From Tubiluchus corallicola (lineage: Eukaryota; Animalia; Priapulida): a DNA stretch of 64,000 bases. Positions 14,901 through 28,500 of the stretch are shown one piece after another. The position numbers and the translations under genes are program-made. Location: the NCBI GenBank assembly GCA_030141605.1, contig JAQGDQ010001016.1, positions 1 to 64,000 of the forward strand. Reading direction: 5' to 3'. Below the pieces are notes generated by a model. That model ran no database searches and was not told the DNA's origin. It saw only the letters and a list, made by a program, of their open reading frames with translations. The first letter of the stretch is position 1, and every line of letters starts with the position of its first letter.

Positions 14901-15535
14901 CAACAAAATGTGAGAGGCAACTGCAATTCGTCCAGCAAGTAAAGGTTAGAAGCAACAGGGTATCAAAGTTGTCCATGGTGCATGCCAGAAATGCTTAAGG
15001 AAGTGTTGCAATTACTGCAACATCAAAAATAATAAAAAATCGAAGATGTTTTTCATCACAATTTTTAATAGGGCTTTAAAGCGCAAGGCGCTTGACTGCA
15101 GTTTGATATAATAATATGTGCAGCACCGCATCTTTCTTGTGCAATTAGAGTAAATTAAACCACACCAATGTATAGCTGTTTCAAATACAACTGGAGATAC
15201 TAGGAATTTTTTAAATAATGACTGACTCTAATTTAAAATATAAGATTTACAAAGACATAAACGAACTGCAACTTGTTTTACTAAGACAAGTATAGGGCTT
15301 AGTTCTAGCACAATACTGAGTAATTCTCTCACATTATCAATTCATTGGACACTATTTAACCATCTGTCAAAGTGCAAGCTACATTTGCTGTGAAGCAGGG
15401 CTGATTATCTATTAACGAGCAGATTTATTTCTTGTTTTGTTATTGTTTTTCGGTGATTTTTAATACTTTCTACAATATTTTTGTCTTTTATTAATTTAAT
15501 GTCTATCATTTAAGAGGAAGCAGGTTTTATTACCA

Positions 15536-18500
15536 TCATGGGCTAAACATAAGCCTCTCTGTTGTAAAACTTAACAAAATAGTTGTGAAACATATCTCAG
15601 CCGGTGAACCTCTTGAGATAAAACTTGCTTGTGTTTCTTCACAAAATTCATCCACTGAAATCTCTCTATCTGTATGCTGTATATGTGGAACTGCACAATC
15701 AATTGTCGAAAACAGCCATGGCTTTCCTTTTGTCCATTGCATGCTGCAGTTACAAACAAGACGGCTCACTAAAATAAAATAATTCACCCTGAAAAAAGTT
15801 TTTTTGTACCTGTATGGTAAGACAAGCTTTGTAATGCTTAATAACTGGTATAAAGTTAGGTATTGGTGACAGAACACAGAAAGCCAATTTGCATTGAAAG
15901 AGAACAGAGTAATTTTCCCGATAACTGCTTAAAACATTCCTTGGTTTCCAAGAAATTACGCACAAGAAAATCTTTATGTGACCAATTTATTTCATTTAAA
16001 TCGTAATTGCACTGTTAAGCTTGCTAAACATGTTAGTTATTTAATTTCGATTTTTAAATTTGCTGAGCCATCAGAAAAATTAATGTTAAATTTCGTGTGT
16101 ACCTGCTATTTGATATGTAAGCCTACACTTGCTACCATCCGCGTTCTTGAATTATCAGTCACTTTTCTCGGTACAGGACAGAAAAATTTATAAAATTTGG
16201 GATCAATGTATGAACTGAAAGCTCCTTATTTTGCTACATTTCTCAACTAGAAGGTTTGATTTGCACATAGCAAAACTGCAACTTATTGATGGTAATAGGC
16301 AAAACCTAAGCATGCTGAATGATTGCGACATCTAATGGCAAAGTTAGAAAATATAGCAGAAATATTAAGATTATAAAATCAGCATCTGAAATGGAGGTTT
16401 TTACGTGGGACGTGCAGAAAAAAGCTAAGATTTGTAACGTGTGCAAGCTGGTATAAATGCAAATGCCAAAGTGTTTCATAGACCAAATTTTCACATTCTG
16501 ATTAAACTAGTTTTCACACATAACATAGTGGACAAAACTTAAAAGTCTGTGAAAATTTTGAAAATCTTGTATATAATCTTGGTGAAAACTGTTCAAGTTT
16601 ATAAAATTGGTTCACTAGCAGTTGTTTTAAAGCGAATCCGAGTAAATTCCAGTCAATTGGTTTTGGTGTAAAGACAAATGATAAATTGAATTGTTCAAAA
16701 TATGAAAATTGACTGTGCAGATTCAGTGAAATTTCCAGGTCTTAACACTGGTTTTAATATCAATTTTAGCGAACATATTTCAAACCTTTGCAGGCGTACC
16801 TCTTGTTAAATTAATGTTTTAAAACGTCTCTTAACTTTTCTAATTGTAAACTGTATAAAGGCTTTTTTCCACGCTTTTATATCTTCTGATTTGAACTATT
16901 GTCCACTAGTTTGGCATTTTTGCGGTGCAGCGAACACACAAAAATTGCAAAAATTACAAGAACGTGCTTTAGTTTTGTCTTTAATGATTACTTTACTGAT
17001 CATGACACAATGTTGAAAAAAGCTAAAATTAAAAAGCTTATGGAAAATAGGCAAAGATTAGTAGCATTAGAGGTGTTTAAAATTCTACATAAACTCCGTC
17101 CAAAAAGCTTATGTAACATGGTTAATCTGAGAGAAAGCTCTTATCAAATCCAATATGATAACGTCATAAGTATTACCAGAGTAAGCACAGAATTAGATGG
17201 AAAAAAGTAGTTTTCCGATATTCAGCTTCTAAAATTTGGAATGAAAAGCCCAATAATTTGTGCATAGTCACTAACTATAATGATTTCTTGAGACAAACGA
17301 ACATATGGAGCAGGGACGTATGTGGTGCAGGCAAGCCAAAATAAGGAAAACTCACATGTTATCTCTAGAAGAATATAAGAGTATGATCGATCCTTGTGCA
17401 GAGTTGGCGTGTTCATTTGTGATATATTTGTTCCACTGATGATAATGGTAAAAATGGCTTTGTTGTTTGATAAATCCATCTCCATAGATACAAGCTGCTT
17501 ACAGTTCCTGATGATAATCTGCTTCACATAATTCATTTTATAAAATGCTTTAGGGTGTATTGATTTCAACTCTTCATTATCGAACAGCTCAATTATTGAT
17601 GTCACATTTCCATAAATGGCTTCTTCGTCCAATCTTTCAATATCTGTCATTCTTAATGTGAACTGCCGTACTGTCTTCCCATCGAGAAACTTTCTTGGCA
17701 ATTCTTTCTCTTTATAATCGATAATTTTTAGAAGATTTGTGCTCCGAGGCAACGAATGCCAGATATCTACCAACTTGTCCATGAAGAGAACACTACCATA
17801 GTCACCACATATTATGTTACATTTCTTGGTTTGTTGCCAATTTATCCACACATCGCATTCAGGTATTGGGAGATCACACACTGGATTGTGCGTTGTTGAT
17901 TCAGAAGGCATTCTTGTTGTAGTCAAGTCACAGTCCTTTAAAGATTCTTTCACCTCATCAATAGAAAATTTGACACAGTACAACTGCCAATCACACTGCT
18001 TGTAACACTCAACTTTACTTGATTTGTGCCAATGTTCACTTTCAGCCCACTTCAAATAACAATTGCAAAGAAGTCTATTTCCTGTAATACAATTAAGTTC
18101 CATAATAATAAGTTCTCCGCAGAAATTTTATGAGAAACAGTTGGTATCTGGTAATATATTGCAGCAAATAAAAAAGACAGCATTTTCATTTTTGTAAAAC
18201 TATTATCATCATCATTGTGTCATTGCAGTGATCATCATCATCATCATTATCGTTATAAATTTATTATAATAGTAAATTAGTATTATTAAAATATAATAGT
18301 AACTGTTGAAATAGCAGTGAGACATGTTTTGCCGAAATTGAGAAATTTTTTAAAAAATTCAATATTGGTGCTACCTTTCAGCTTGAGTTGAACGTTCTTG
18401 GAGTCATAATACATGTGCAATTTTGGTTTTTCCATGTGCATCATGCCAGTTTTTTCAATGTCAATTACACTTAGTTGGCGATTACTAGACAAATCCAAAT

Positions 18501-21500
18501 TTATAGTTTCTAATTTGCGACAGTTTACGATGATTATATTTTCAACAGTGTTTATCCAGTAAAATGCTTTTGGGTCGAGAACAGTTAATTCAGGAAGGCG
18601 TTTCAAAATGAGAGCAATCCTAATCGTTCCACGAATTGCTGTTTTTCCAATTGTTTCTAGTTTTGAATCAGTAATTTCCAAAGTGTCGACGGTTTTTCCT
18701 TCAAGGAAACTACTTGGAAGTTCCTTTTCTTGGAAATTAGCAATATAGAAATATCGAGTCCAGTGAGAGAGTCCTTCTACGATTTCTTCCACGTCAGTTA
18801 TGAAAAGTGGATCATAATATCCACAAGCAACAAAACAACCAGTTAAATTATCAAGATATTCAACAACAATGCACTCATGAAGCACGATGCCACAGTCAAC
18901 CGTTAAACATCCAATGAATTCTCCAATTTGTATTTCTCTTGTTGTATGATTTACTGGTGGATCCTTGCAATCGACAGCTGATTCCTTCCAATCTTGTGCT
19001 TTAGTCCACTCCATACTACAATCACATTGTAATGGATTTCCTGTAAATAAATCAATAGCTGACCAAATTTTTTTAACAAGTTGACAAGTAGATCCCTCCC
19101 TTCTCTCTGTTCAGTAAAATTCGAACCTTGTGTAACTTATTTTACTCTGAAATTAATTTTGAAACTAATGATTAAAAGAATTTACTCAGGCCCACGAACT
19201 ATACATATTAGGCTGCTTGCTTCTTTTTACCCTTTGTTAAAGTAAAACCGGACGATTGTTTAGATTCGTTCTCATATTAATTTAGTGTCCAAAATATACA
19301 TTTTCTTTCCTATAAAAGCTAACAATTGAATATTTAGCTTAGAAAGTTAATTAATGGCAACTGAACACAGACATTGCTTATGTCAAAAACTAACCACAGA
19401 AACTACCCGCTGCTAATCTTAGTAGATTCACTGAGACGCGAATAGCTTTGAAAGTTTAATGAAATTGTTATATGTATAACATCCTTGTGATACTTGTCTT
19501 TGTACGTCATATATTCACTGTGGTTGGCTTTATTTCACAGGCTCAATTCTGCAATGCTACGTATTCAGAATTTGGTGCTATTTTCCACTGGACAATACCT
19601 AACAAACGGTCATGGAATATATTCTCAATGAATTTACTGGCACATTTGCACTCAAAAACACTGTTAGTATTTTCATTGAATAACAACTGATAGAATACCT
19701 TGGATTAATTATATCAAAAAATAATACTCGTACTTTAGCACAGTAGCCAGGTACCATTAACCTCTGTCACTAAGGGCGACATTTTTAAATGAAGCTAAAT
19801 ATATAATGCCAAACCTCTCTTATTCACCAAACTCATTAGTGTATCAAACATCAGGAATGTATTTGTGTATCAACAAACACATTAGTGCACCAAACATCTG
19901 GAATGTATTTGTGTATCAACAAACACATTAGTGCATCAAACATCTGGAATGCATATGTGTGTCAACAAACACATTAGTGCATCAAACATCTGGAATGTAT
20001 TTGTGTATCAACAAACACATTAGTGTATTAAACATCTGGAAGCTATTAGTGTATCAAAAACTCTTTAGTGTATCAACTTCTGGAACATAATACTGACTGT
20101 TAGCTAAAACTTATCAGAGATATTTTAAATCATATAGGATTCTCACATATCTGGGAAGCTGAAAGTACAGAGTCCATTAGGCACAAAAAAATTATTAATT
20201 CACTGAAATCAAAACTGCAAACCAAATTACTAGAAGAAAAATGTCCCTAGAGAAACTGGTAAAAACATTAACGAAAAGAATAAGTTACAAACTTATTCCA
20301 AGTTTAAAAACGAATTCATAGAAGAAAAATACCTATTTTTAATAAAAAAAACCCTGTTAAAAAGCAAAGTTTACAAAATTGCATATTAGCTCATACAACC
20401 TCTTTATTGAGAAAGGCCGACACATCAAAGCTAAAACCGTATTAACAATAGATTACGTAATTTCTGTGAAGAACAAAATTGATGACCAAAAGCAATTAGT
20501 TCTTGACTGCAACTATTATATTGATTTAAGCCGTTTTTCCCATGTCAATGAAATTTTCCCAAACTTTATTAATCTTACAGTACAGGAAAAACTTATATTT
20601 CTAATGAATGGAAATGAATGGAATGTAAAGTGAATTGCATATTGTTTTTTTTCATTCGTCAGTAAACTATTACTATTATTATCATAACTATTATTATTAT
20701 AATTATAATGAGTTCTATTTTTACCCGTAAGTTTGATGATTAGCTGATCAGGAGTACTGCTTGGGTGAAAATTTGGCATATCCATTTGAGTTATGCCAGT
20801 TTTGTCTATCTCGAGGGTTTGCAAATAACGACACTTTCGTAAGTCCAAATTTATAGATGTCAGACGTGGGGCGTCTGAAATTAATATGTATTTAACATAA
20901 CGCTGTAATTCAAATGCTCTTGGGTCAATGTAGTAAAGTTTATCATTGCTTATAATTCTGATATTTTTTGCAACTTTTCCACTAATTTCACCAATTCCAA
21001 CCCACTCTATACTGTTGTATTTCATTTCAAAGGTGTTAATCGTTTTGGATTTTAAAAATCGAAGTGGTAGTCGTCTTTCTACGTAATTACTGATATACAA
21101 TGCATCAAAATTGTCAGGAACGGTTTTCTCTATGACATCCAAAGTTGCAAAATCAAGTCTGAAAAACCAACCGCACTGAATCTGGCACGGATTTGTATTC
21201 AAAAAACGACATACTGGTAACTCTGGGCCACATGGCTTTGGTTTTGGTGTGGTCGTAGGAGGATCCGTCCACGTAGGGTGGATAATTGTTCCCGTGCGGA
21301 AGGTTGTATCGGTAGGGCTTCTGGAGCAATCCAATAATTCGTCAAAATCTTCAAGAGTCATAGGTGGATCTACTCTCGGAGGATCCAGGCATTCTATTCT
21401 GGAATAAAACCAAGGCACAGCTTTTGTCCACCGCATTGAACAGTTGCAAATCAATCGATTTTCTAAAAAAAACAGCGATAATACACTGAATGCATAAGTT

Positions 21501-24500
21501 TTCTTTTTGTTAGGTACTTGTTTGACTATTTCTGCATGCATTTATATAAGCATACGCAATTACTTTTAAAATAACTGATTGCTTATACCTGTTATAATTA
21601 CAAAGAATTTTTGTTTGCTTTGAAAATAACATAAGCTGAAATGTCGTCAAGCAAATTGGTCTATCGCTCGACGTCCACTCTGACTTAAGCTCAGTGGCAT
21701 TCGGGACAACAGTTCACAACATCTGTCTAAACCAAACTAAACAACATGACAGTCGAAACTAAAGTCTAGTTTACTTTTGCATAAACAGAAATTTGCAGAG
21801 CAGTAGCTATTTTTACACGAAATGAGCACTTCAAGTAGCCAAAAAATTACTTTTCAATTTAAGCAGAATGCAGAGACGAGCAGCAATGCAAAATACAGAG
21901 ACATAAGTACAATAAACAAACAAAACCAGTTAGCCTTGCTTAGAAATAAATGAGAAACAAAAATATTATTGTTATGAATAAATTTCGGAAAATGAATTTC
22001 AGTAGGTGTTAATTGAGTTACCAGATGAATTAGATTCAGATGATAAACTCGCTCTTCCCTAAGTTAAGTAAGGAAATTTATACAAGTTGAATATGGAACT
22101 CACCCAGCTGGTGGCTCGAATTTAATGAGTTAAATTGTCGCAAGATAGTAGAAGGACAGGTGTAAAATTCAAAGGGACACTATTGATTACGCGGCATGCA
22201 TACAGATTAGAAGACAATAGGAAGAAGGTAAATAGCGATCATTTGTCACATGTCGGGAAAGTAATTAGAAGCCCCAAGGTCTAGTATCAGTGCTTATTGA
22301 TCATTAAATTGAAATCAGAAGTAATACCGCCCAGACAGTGCGGAAAAAATCAAAAGCAACAAAATGTAGGAACAGTCATTATTGGTTATAAAATCAGAAA
22401 GTGAAAGTATTAGCCGCTGTCCAGGAGGTAAAGTGTCACCAGATGGTGCAATACACGAACATCAGGCTTTTGCAATATAAGCTAAGAAAAATATTCTAGC
22501 GACACACCAAGGTGACGTGAGAGTCACATACACAACGAGGGAGGAAGTCTGACAGTGGTTGTCGCCATCGTGTTGTGTCCAAGATATCTTCTGCAAGATA
22601 AGAAGCATCGCTAGCCCAGGGTGGAGGAACATCTACGTACTTGGCAAAGTTTGAGCACTGGTGCTGCGAAGTCTCGTTAGGAACAGGGATTTGGCCTAAA
22701 GCAGTGGTACATTGGCCAATCCGCCAGTTAAGTGAATTAACTTATTTATTTTGTAACTTGTATCTGATACAGTTGTAACCGTAACGTAGTTGTATGATTT
22801 AAGCACCTTCAGTGCATCATACCAAGAGAGAAGATCAGTTAAGTGAATAGCATCTCTTTGGAACTAGACATTATTTGTAAACGCCCACTGGCGTATGAGG
22901 ACAAATCTTGTATTGGTACCAGAGTTGATTAAATTGTAAACTGTAAAGTTCAATAAAGTCTATTCACTGTATTAACTTAAACATTGAGTTTGTGAATGTT
23001 TAATACGTTATTGGTAACTCATAATCGCAACACTGGATCCTTGATTTGAACCTGAAGCGATTCGCAGTGTAGAGCTCATTTGCGGGAGCTGGCTAGTAAA
23101 CTTGAGGGATAAAGATCTGACTCACAACGCAAGTTCGGTGGTTATAGTCGTGTAGGACAGATCATTGCCTTATCGACTGAACCAAAGCCCTCGGCGTCGG
23201 GTAATCGATCAGTTACCTGGAAGCAATCGAGTGTGAATCCCAATAATTATTAATTCGATTAATTACTTCAATTAATCATGGTCGCTCTGTGAAAATTAGA
23301 GGGTGATATTATGTGTATCTTGCCTTTGAACATGCGAACATCACTACCAGCCTACGGAAATGGAATAAAATAGATTGTTCCGTTCCATAGACGACCCTTA
23401 TATTGAATGCCCGAATTGCATCTTTTAACCATGATTATAACCGCAAAAACAGTGCAAAATTAACTAATATTACGTTGATGTATAATATCAGTTTTGATCT
23501 AATTTGAATTCACTTTGACTGTGAAGGTCTCCTTGAAGTTTAAAAAACTGGCTAGAAAAGAAAACGTCTAGCAAAAAAAATTTGAAAACGTTTTTTCTAA
23601 ATATGGGGATCCTATGACTGTGCTGGTTTACTCATAATCATGACAGTTGTCACAGACTCCCGTGAATAAGTTCAGCTCCGGGGCCATGCCTCGATTATTG
23701 CTGACTAAGACCGGCTATTTAGAGGTGCGCAGGCTGGAACATCGTTTTTATCTAGCTTGCAATGTTATAAACAAAGTCAAACTGCGTATTTTCTTGATAA
23801 CAAAATGGTTGAATCAGCAACTCATAGACGTAAGCATTTCTTCTTATAAACAAAACTAGACAATATATATCCATTAATTCACTTGCAATTTCAAATGACA
23901 GTAACAAAATTTAGAACCAGGCCAATATTTCTCCCGCCAACTAATGAAAAGTTGAGCATTTTTCATAACAGTATTAGATGCAGCTGTAGCTAAACGTTCA
24001 GAACAAAGCTCAAAGGATTGTGAAATAACTTGCATGCCGATTGGCTATTTAATGATAATGATTGACATTATGCTAGACATCAATTGGAATGTCAATCTGT
24101 GTCAAACCTAATGTTCAAATAACGACAGTAACTCTGGGCCATATTGTTCTGACTCTGTTATGAGGGGCGTAAGATTAACAAGATATCAGTGAATGCCCCA
24201 TGCTTGTAATTGGATGTCTTATTGGAAACTAAGACTTCTCTCCCATCAGCCTTATTTATTATTTGACTGCATCATTATAATTTTTGAGACTTTGTTTATT
24301 CCATATCTGGAGAAAAGCATCATTTTCTAACTCAGATTAATTTTTGAAATCTGAAATCAGATTTTTAGAATCCACTATGTAGGCTAGTCCAAAATGGTAA
24401 ACTTACGAAGAAGCATTATACTGAACGTTTCAGGTTGTCTGTCTGGATGCAATGTGAACTTTTGCAGGAAATCCGTGCCGGTATCCCATATCATGATCGT

Positions 24501-25058
24501 GTCCAGAACTGGGTTGTCAGAAAAATCAAGATGATCTATATCCAACTTTGGTGCGGTAATAATATAAATGATCCGGGCATACTTCAAATTAGAAAATGCT
24601 CTAGGATGCATTTCAGTTAACTTCAAACTGCGTTTCAATTGTATCTTGTTCACGTTAAAATCTTCTGGAAAATTATTTTCACCGAATTTTTCAATGTTAG
24701 AGTCATCAATGACTAACAGATTTATTGTTTTTCCATCAAGTAATTCAGGATACAACCGGGATTCAGCATATTTTTGAATAATCATTGTTTCAACTCTCGC
24801 GGAGACACGTTTCATAATGTCATTCATTATGGGATAATCAAGGTGAGGTTTGAATTGATCACCACACCAAACAATGCACTCAGGTTTTGGGCGACGATAG
24901 GAGACGGAAACCACAAAATGACATTTTCTTGGCACAAATTCGCATGAGAACTGAATCATATCAACAGTCCACTCTGGTTCGGTCGGTTTAACTGGATCAC
25001 TGAGAGCGCTTTTGTTAAAAACGTGAAACATGAATACGCATGATAGATAAAGAAGCAT
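15536..25058 (-). CDS. LRR surface protein gene copy 1: 5 coding exons, ~1004 aa, four LRR modules, putative GPI anchor
   Basis: Exons 24407-25058, 20725-21462, 18375-19040, 17356-18081, 15536-15768 (652+738+666+726+233 = 3015 nt, in frame). All introns GT-AG and phase 1. Signal-like MLLYLSCVFMFHVFNKSALS. Exon-for-exon paralog of copy 2. Confidence 0.85.
19834..20085. repeat. 46-bp minisatellite, ~5 copies
   Basis: Unit CATTAGTGYATCAAACATCTGGAATGTATTTGTGTATCAACAAACA starting at 19834, 19880, 19926, 19972, 20018. Confidence 0.9.
20100..20640 (+). mobile_element. LINE ORF2 C-terminal remnant
   Basis: KLQTYSKFK..F..EKYL and KLHISSYNLFIEKGRH, resembling the 'R.S.H.L.IE.GR' motif of LINE ORF2 3' ends. 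Confidence 0.5.
21970..23245 (+). mobile_element. Solo-LTR-like insertion in intron 1 of LRR copy 1
   Basis: Starts TGTTA, GC-richer than its flanks, AATAAA near 22952, flanked by a candidate 5-bp TSD ATTAT (21965-21969 / 23246-23250); the 3' end is not a canonical CA. Confidence 0.35.
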
Positions 25059-25557
25059 AGTTTCTAACTTCAACAAAACAGAAAGAGAAGCTATTAGATA
25101 TTTTCTAATTTCAAGGTTTGAACATATAGTAAAAATACCATTGTCCACAAGACACTACAAGTTAGAAGAATATTTTATTTTGAAACAATTAGACAATTAC
25201 GTACTGTGTTCTAAAGCACTATTTTGTGCAAGCATTTAGAACTATGTATAAAGCAGGTATAGCAATTTTTCAACACAACCTTAATAGGAACATCCCAAAA
25301 ATATATAGCGCTGTTCTGCTAAGCTCTTTTTTTCAATACAAATACACATTCACAGGCACATCCACATATAGACAGTTATTCACACATACATGCACATATC
25401 TGTTTAGTTGTGTAGACAGCATTCAGCAGTTATTGTAGAAATGCTAACAAACTTTCCTGAAAATATTTATGTGAAAATACTGATTTTGTCTACAAAATTA
25501 AATGGAATCTTTTTTCGGCCTTTTGTTTCACACATCGCAATGAGTTTGCATACTTAC

Positions 25558-28500
25558 TCTTTAAAAATTTGAGCTACTGTTAGAATATGTTTGTCATCGA
25601 AAAGAAATCCTCCTGCTGTAATTTCAAGCGATTTATTGATAAAACCAGGACGAAGAATCCTAACCTTCAAGAACAAATACACAAATAGTTACTAAAACTG
25701 TTGCCTTGCATCTTAAATTTCTATATTAAAAAAAGGGAAGAAGTTAATGCAAAAGTAGAAAAATTTAATCTGCTGTACAAAACGATGTTTTGGTTTTTTC
25801 ACGAAGAATTTCCAACTGTGAACTAGAAAACTGAACAAATGTGGCTTTCCAACTCCATGTCTCCATGCTGCCACAATACTGCCATAAATGTAATAACCTT
25901 GTGACTATCAAATTAAAGAGATCATATAAATAATTTAACGTTAAATATGAAACGTGATTTAAACTCCGCAAAATTAAAAAAAACAAAACAGCAAAAGTTT
26001 ATTTTTGCAAAAAAAAACAAATTTAAACACGCACCATGTATGGAAATTCCCGCTCCCCTGCATTTTCTCCACCACTAATTCTTGGTTCAATAGGCAACTC
26101 TGCAACATATTTTCCAATTTACTCATAGACAAAAACAAAACAAATATTTACCACTAAACGTCCACGTGTGAATCTGGACCTAAAAAAGCTTCGTTGAATT
26201 AGGCGATGGTGTACATCTTGATAAATTGCAATTCGCTTGTATCAGAGCAAAATCTTTGGATTAGCTTAAATCTAACAAACTGAAAGCAAATTATAACTGA
26301 TGAATACAGTATGTACCCAATGTTTTTAAAAGTCGCAAGCTCAGGACTAGCCAAACCACTGTTCTTACTTTTTCATTAATCACTGGACAAAGAAAACTAT
26401 CTCAAGTTTGGAGGTTCAGCCAAGTTTCACAGACACTCAAGACGATAAGTAAAATTGATAACAACTATAGACCAGTAAGCCTAACGTCAAAACTGTTTAA
26501 AACATTAGAGAAAATTATCTGGAGATGACTGATACAGCACATAAAAAGCAAAATATGAAGAACACAATGCAGATTTAGAAAAGGCAAGTCTGTATCAGAC
26601 AACTATTAGATGACATCAATTTATGGACCAAAATAATCAGTTGTTGAGCTTCATTTGACACAATCTGTTTAAATTTTGCAAAAAGATTTGATTCAATCCC
26701 TCACAAAAGACTCTTACTAAAGTGACTAAACTATATTAAGTGTAATGATGTAATAATGTTTGGCTTAAACGAAACGGAGATTGTTTGGCTTTTATTGCGA
26801 CAAACAAACAAGGTTATCAAGTACTGCTTAGTACAATATTTCATTGTTCGTGCACCATCCTCTTCGTCATGTTACTTCATATTTGACATGTATTGGGACG
26901 CCATTTCCCAAAATTATACATTTCGTCGGGAATGAGATGTAAATTCTTTTAACATACTAATTGATTTCTTATCAAAACGTCCACTACGATTAACTAAAAT
27001 TAATTAGAGACTTTCAGCGAATAACTAAATAAAATGAAACAAAATCTACATACATCAACCCGGGAGTTACTCAGAAAATTTATCATTACTGCTTTTGAAC
27101 ACATTGAAATCTGAATAACAAGCATTTAAAACTAGGACGCCAATATTGAAGCCAGATGTCACCACCTTACAGGTAAGAGCAGGTAAGTTAACTTAATCTA
27201 ATCAAAACGCACACTGAACTATTATTAGTCATATTGTAAGAACAAACCGTTTTGGATATTTAATAAACAAAGCTCCTTAACAGAAATGGCGAATGATTTA
27301 GAAGTTATTGTAGATGATAAACAGAAATTTGATAAGCATGCTGGAACAGAGCCAGTAGAAGAATCAGAATTGTCGGAATGATGAAAAGGCTCGTTTGTCT
27401 ACACTGGCACTGACATGTTTTTGCCATTATTCAGCAGATTAGTAAGACCGAAACTGAAATATGGTAATGTAGTTTGATAACAATTTTACAGAAAAGACAT
27501 CAATTGATTAGAAAACGTACAGTGTAGAGCAGTAAAGATGGTTTACTGTATATCAGGTCTGAAGTACGAAGACACATTGTTGATACTAAAACTGCTATAG
27601 TTTAACATACCGTAAGTTTTGAAGTGACAAGATGGAAGTGTACAAAATCACGCACAGCAACTGCATTACGCCAATATAGTTGACTCAACACAAAAAACCG
27701 ATTTTTCGCAGTAGCGACACAAAGATTATGGAATAAGTTACCATAAAAGGTTTTGGAGGCACCATCTTTGAATGCTTTCAAGATCCGTTTAGATAGACAG
27801 ATTTTGGAGCAGGAAATACACCCAGAAAGACCTCAAGGAATAACTTAACATACAGCCATAAGCTTATTTCTGGAACCATGAACAAATCAAAGTCCAAAGA
27901 GATACGTGTTTTTATTTATGTGAAATTTTAAGCACTATTACAGTTCTAAAAATACACGTTTGATGAGCTATCGATTGGCATGTTAACATACATATATAAA
28001 CTATCCAAACTATAAGGCAAAATAGCTCAGAAAGATACCATTTTTAAAGTAGTATGCACAAAACTTTCAAGGAAACTTCATAATGTAATAATTCAAGATT
28101 ACGTGAACATTTGTAATACCATTTTGGGAAAAAGTCGAAATCAAAACGATTAAGACTGTAACTTGCAGCTCAAAAAAGTGTACCAAAGATTACTGTGAGA
28201 AATCAACTTGGTCTACTAAAAGCTGCAATAATCTTTCCAAACAATAACCGCATTGCATACCAAAAAAATTTTAGTGCGTAAATCTGGCTAATTCATAAAA
28301 AAACATACTAGCTTTGAAACAATAATTTGTGCCAAAGAGCTATCCCAAGCATGTTTGTTTTGTTATGTAGAAAAACACATAAATGCATATTGCTAGTAAA
28401 TAAAGCTACTTTCACTGTGAAAGTCAAGCACCCCTCTTTTAGTGATACGGAATTTGTAAATTTTGGGGTTCATTTAAAGATTTTCTTCGGAAAGAGGAAG

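Larger units (their letters stand above)
1..19085. repeat. Tandem segmental duplication, period 10,364 bp (1-~8640 vs 10365-~19085)
   Basis: Position 1 'gcttgataaacgcagagg' recurs at 10365 and ORFs recur with offset 10364. Near-identical to about 4150/14530, visibly more diverged afterwards; alignment lost after ~8640/19085. Confidence 0.95.

Noticed and set aside
5123-25058. Orthology to Toll-like receptors, glycoprotein-hormone receptors or lamprey VLRs
   Set aside because: No TIR or 7TM exon, the stop follows the short hydrophobic tail, and there is no incomplete germline gene with single-LRR donor cassettes; the resemblance is only generic LRR.
801-25148. ORF-track LRR ORFs as separate single-exon genes
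   Set aside because: Homology between modules stops exactly at GT/AG sites and the ORF tails differ between paralogs (intron read-through); the exons splice in frame into ~1000-aa proteins.
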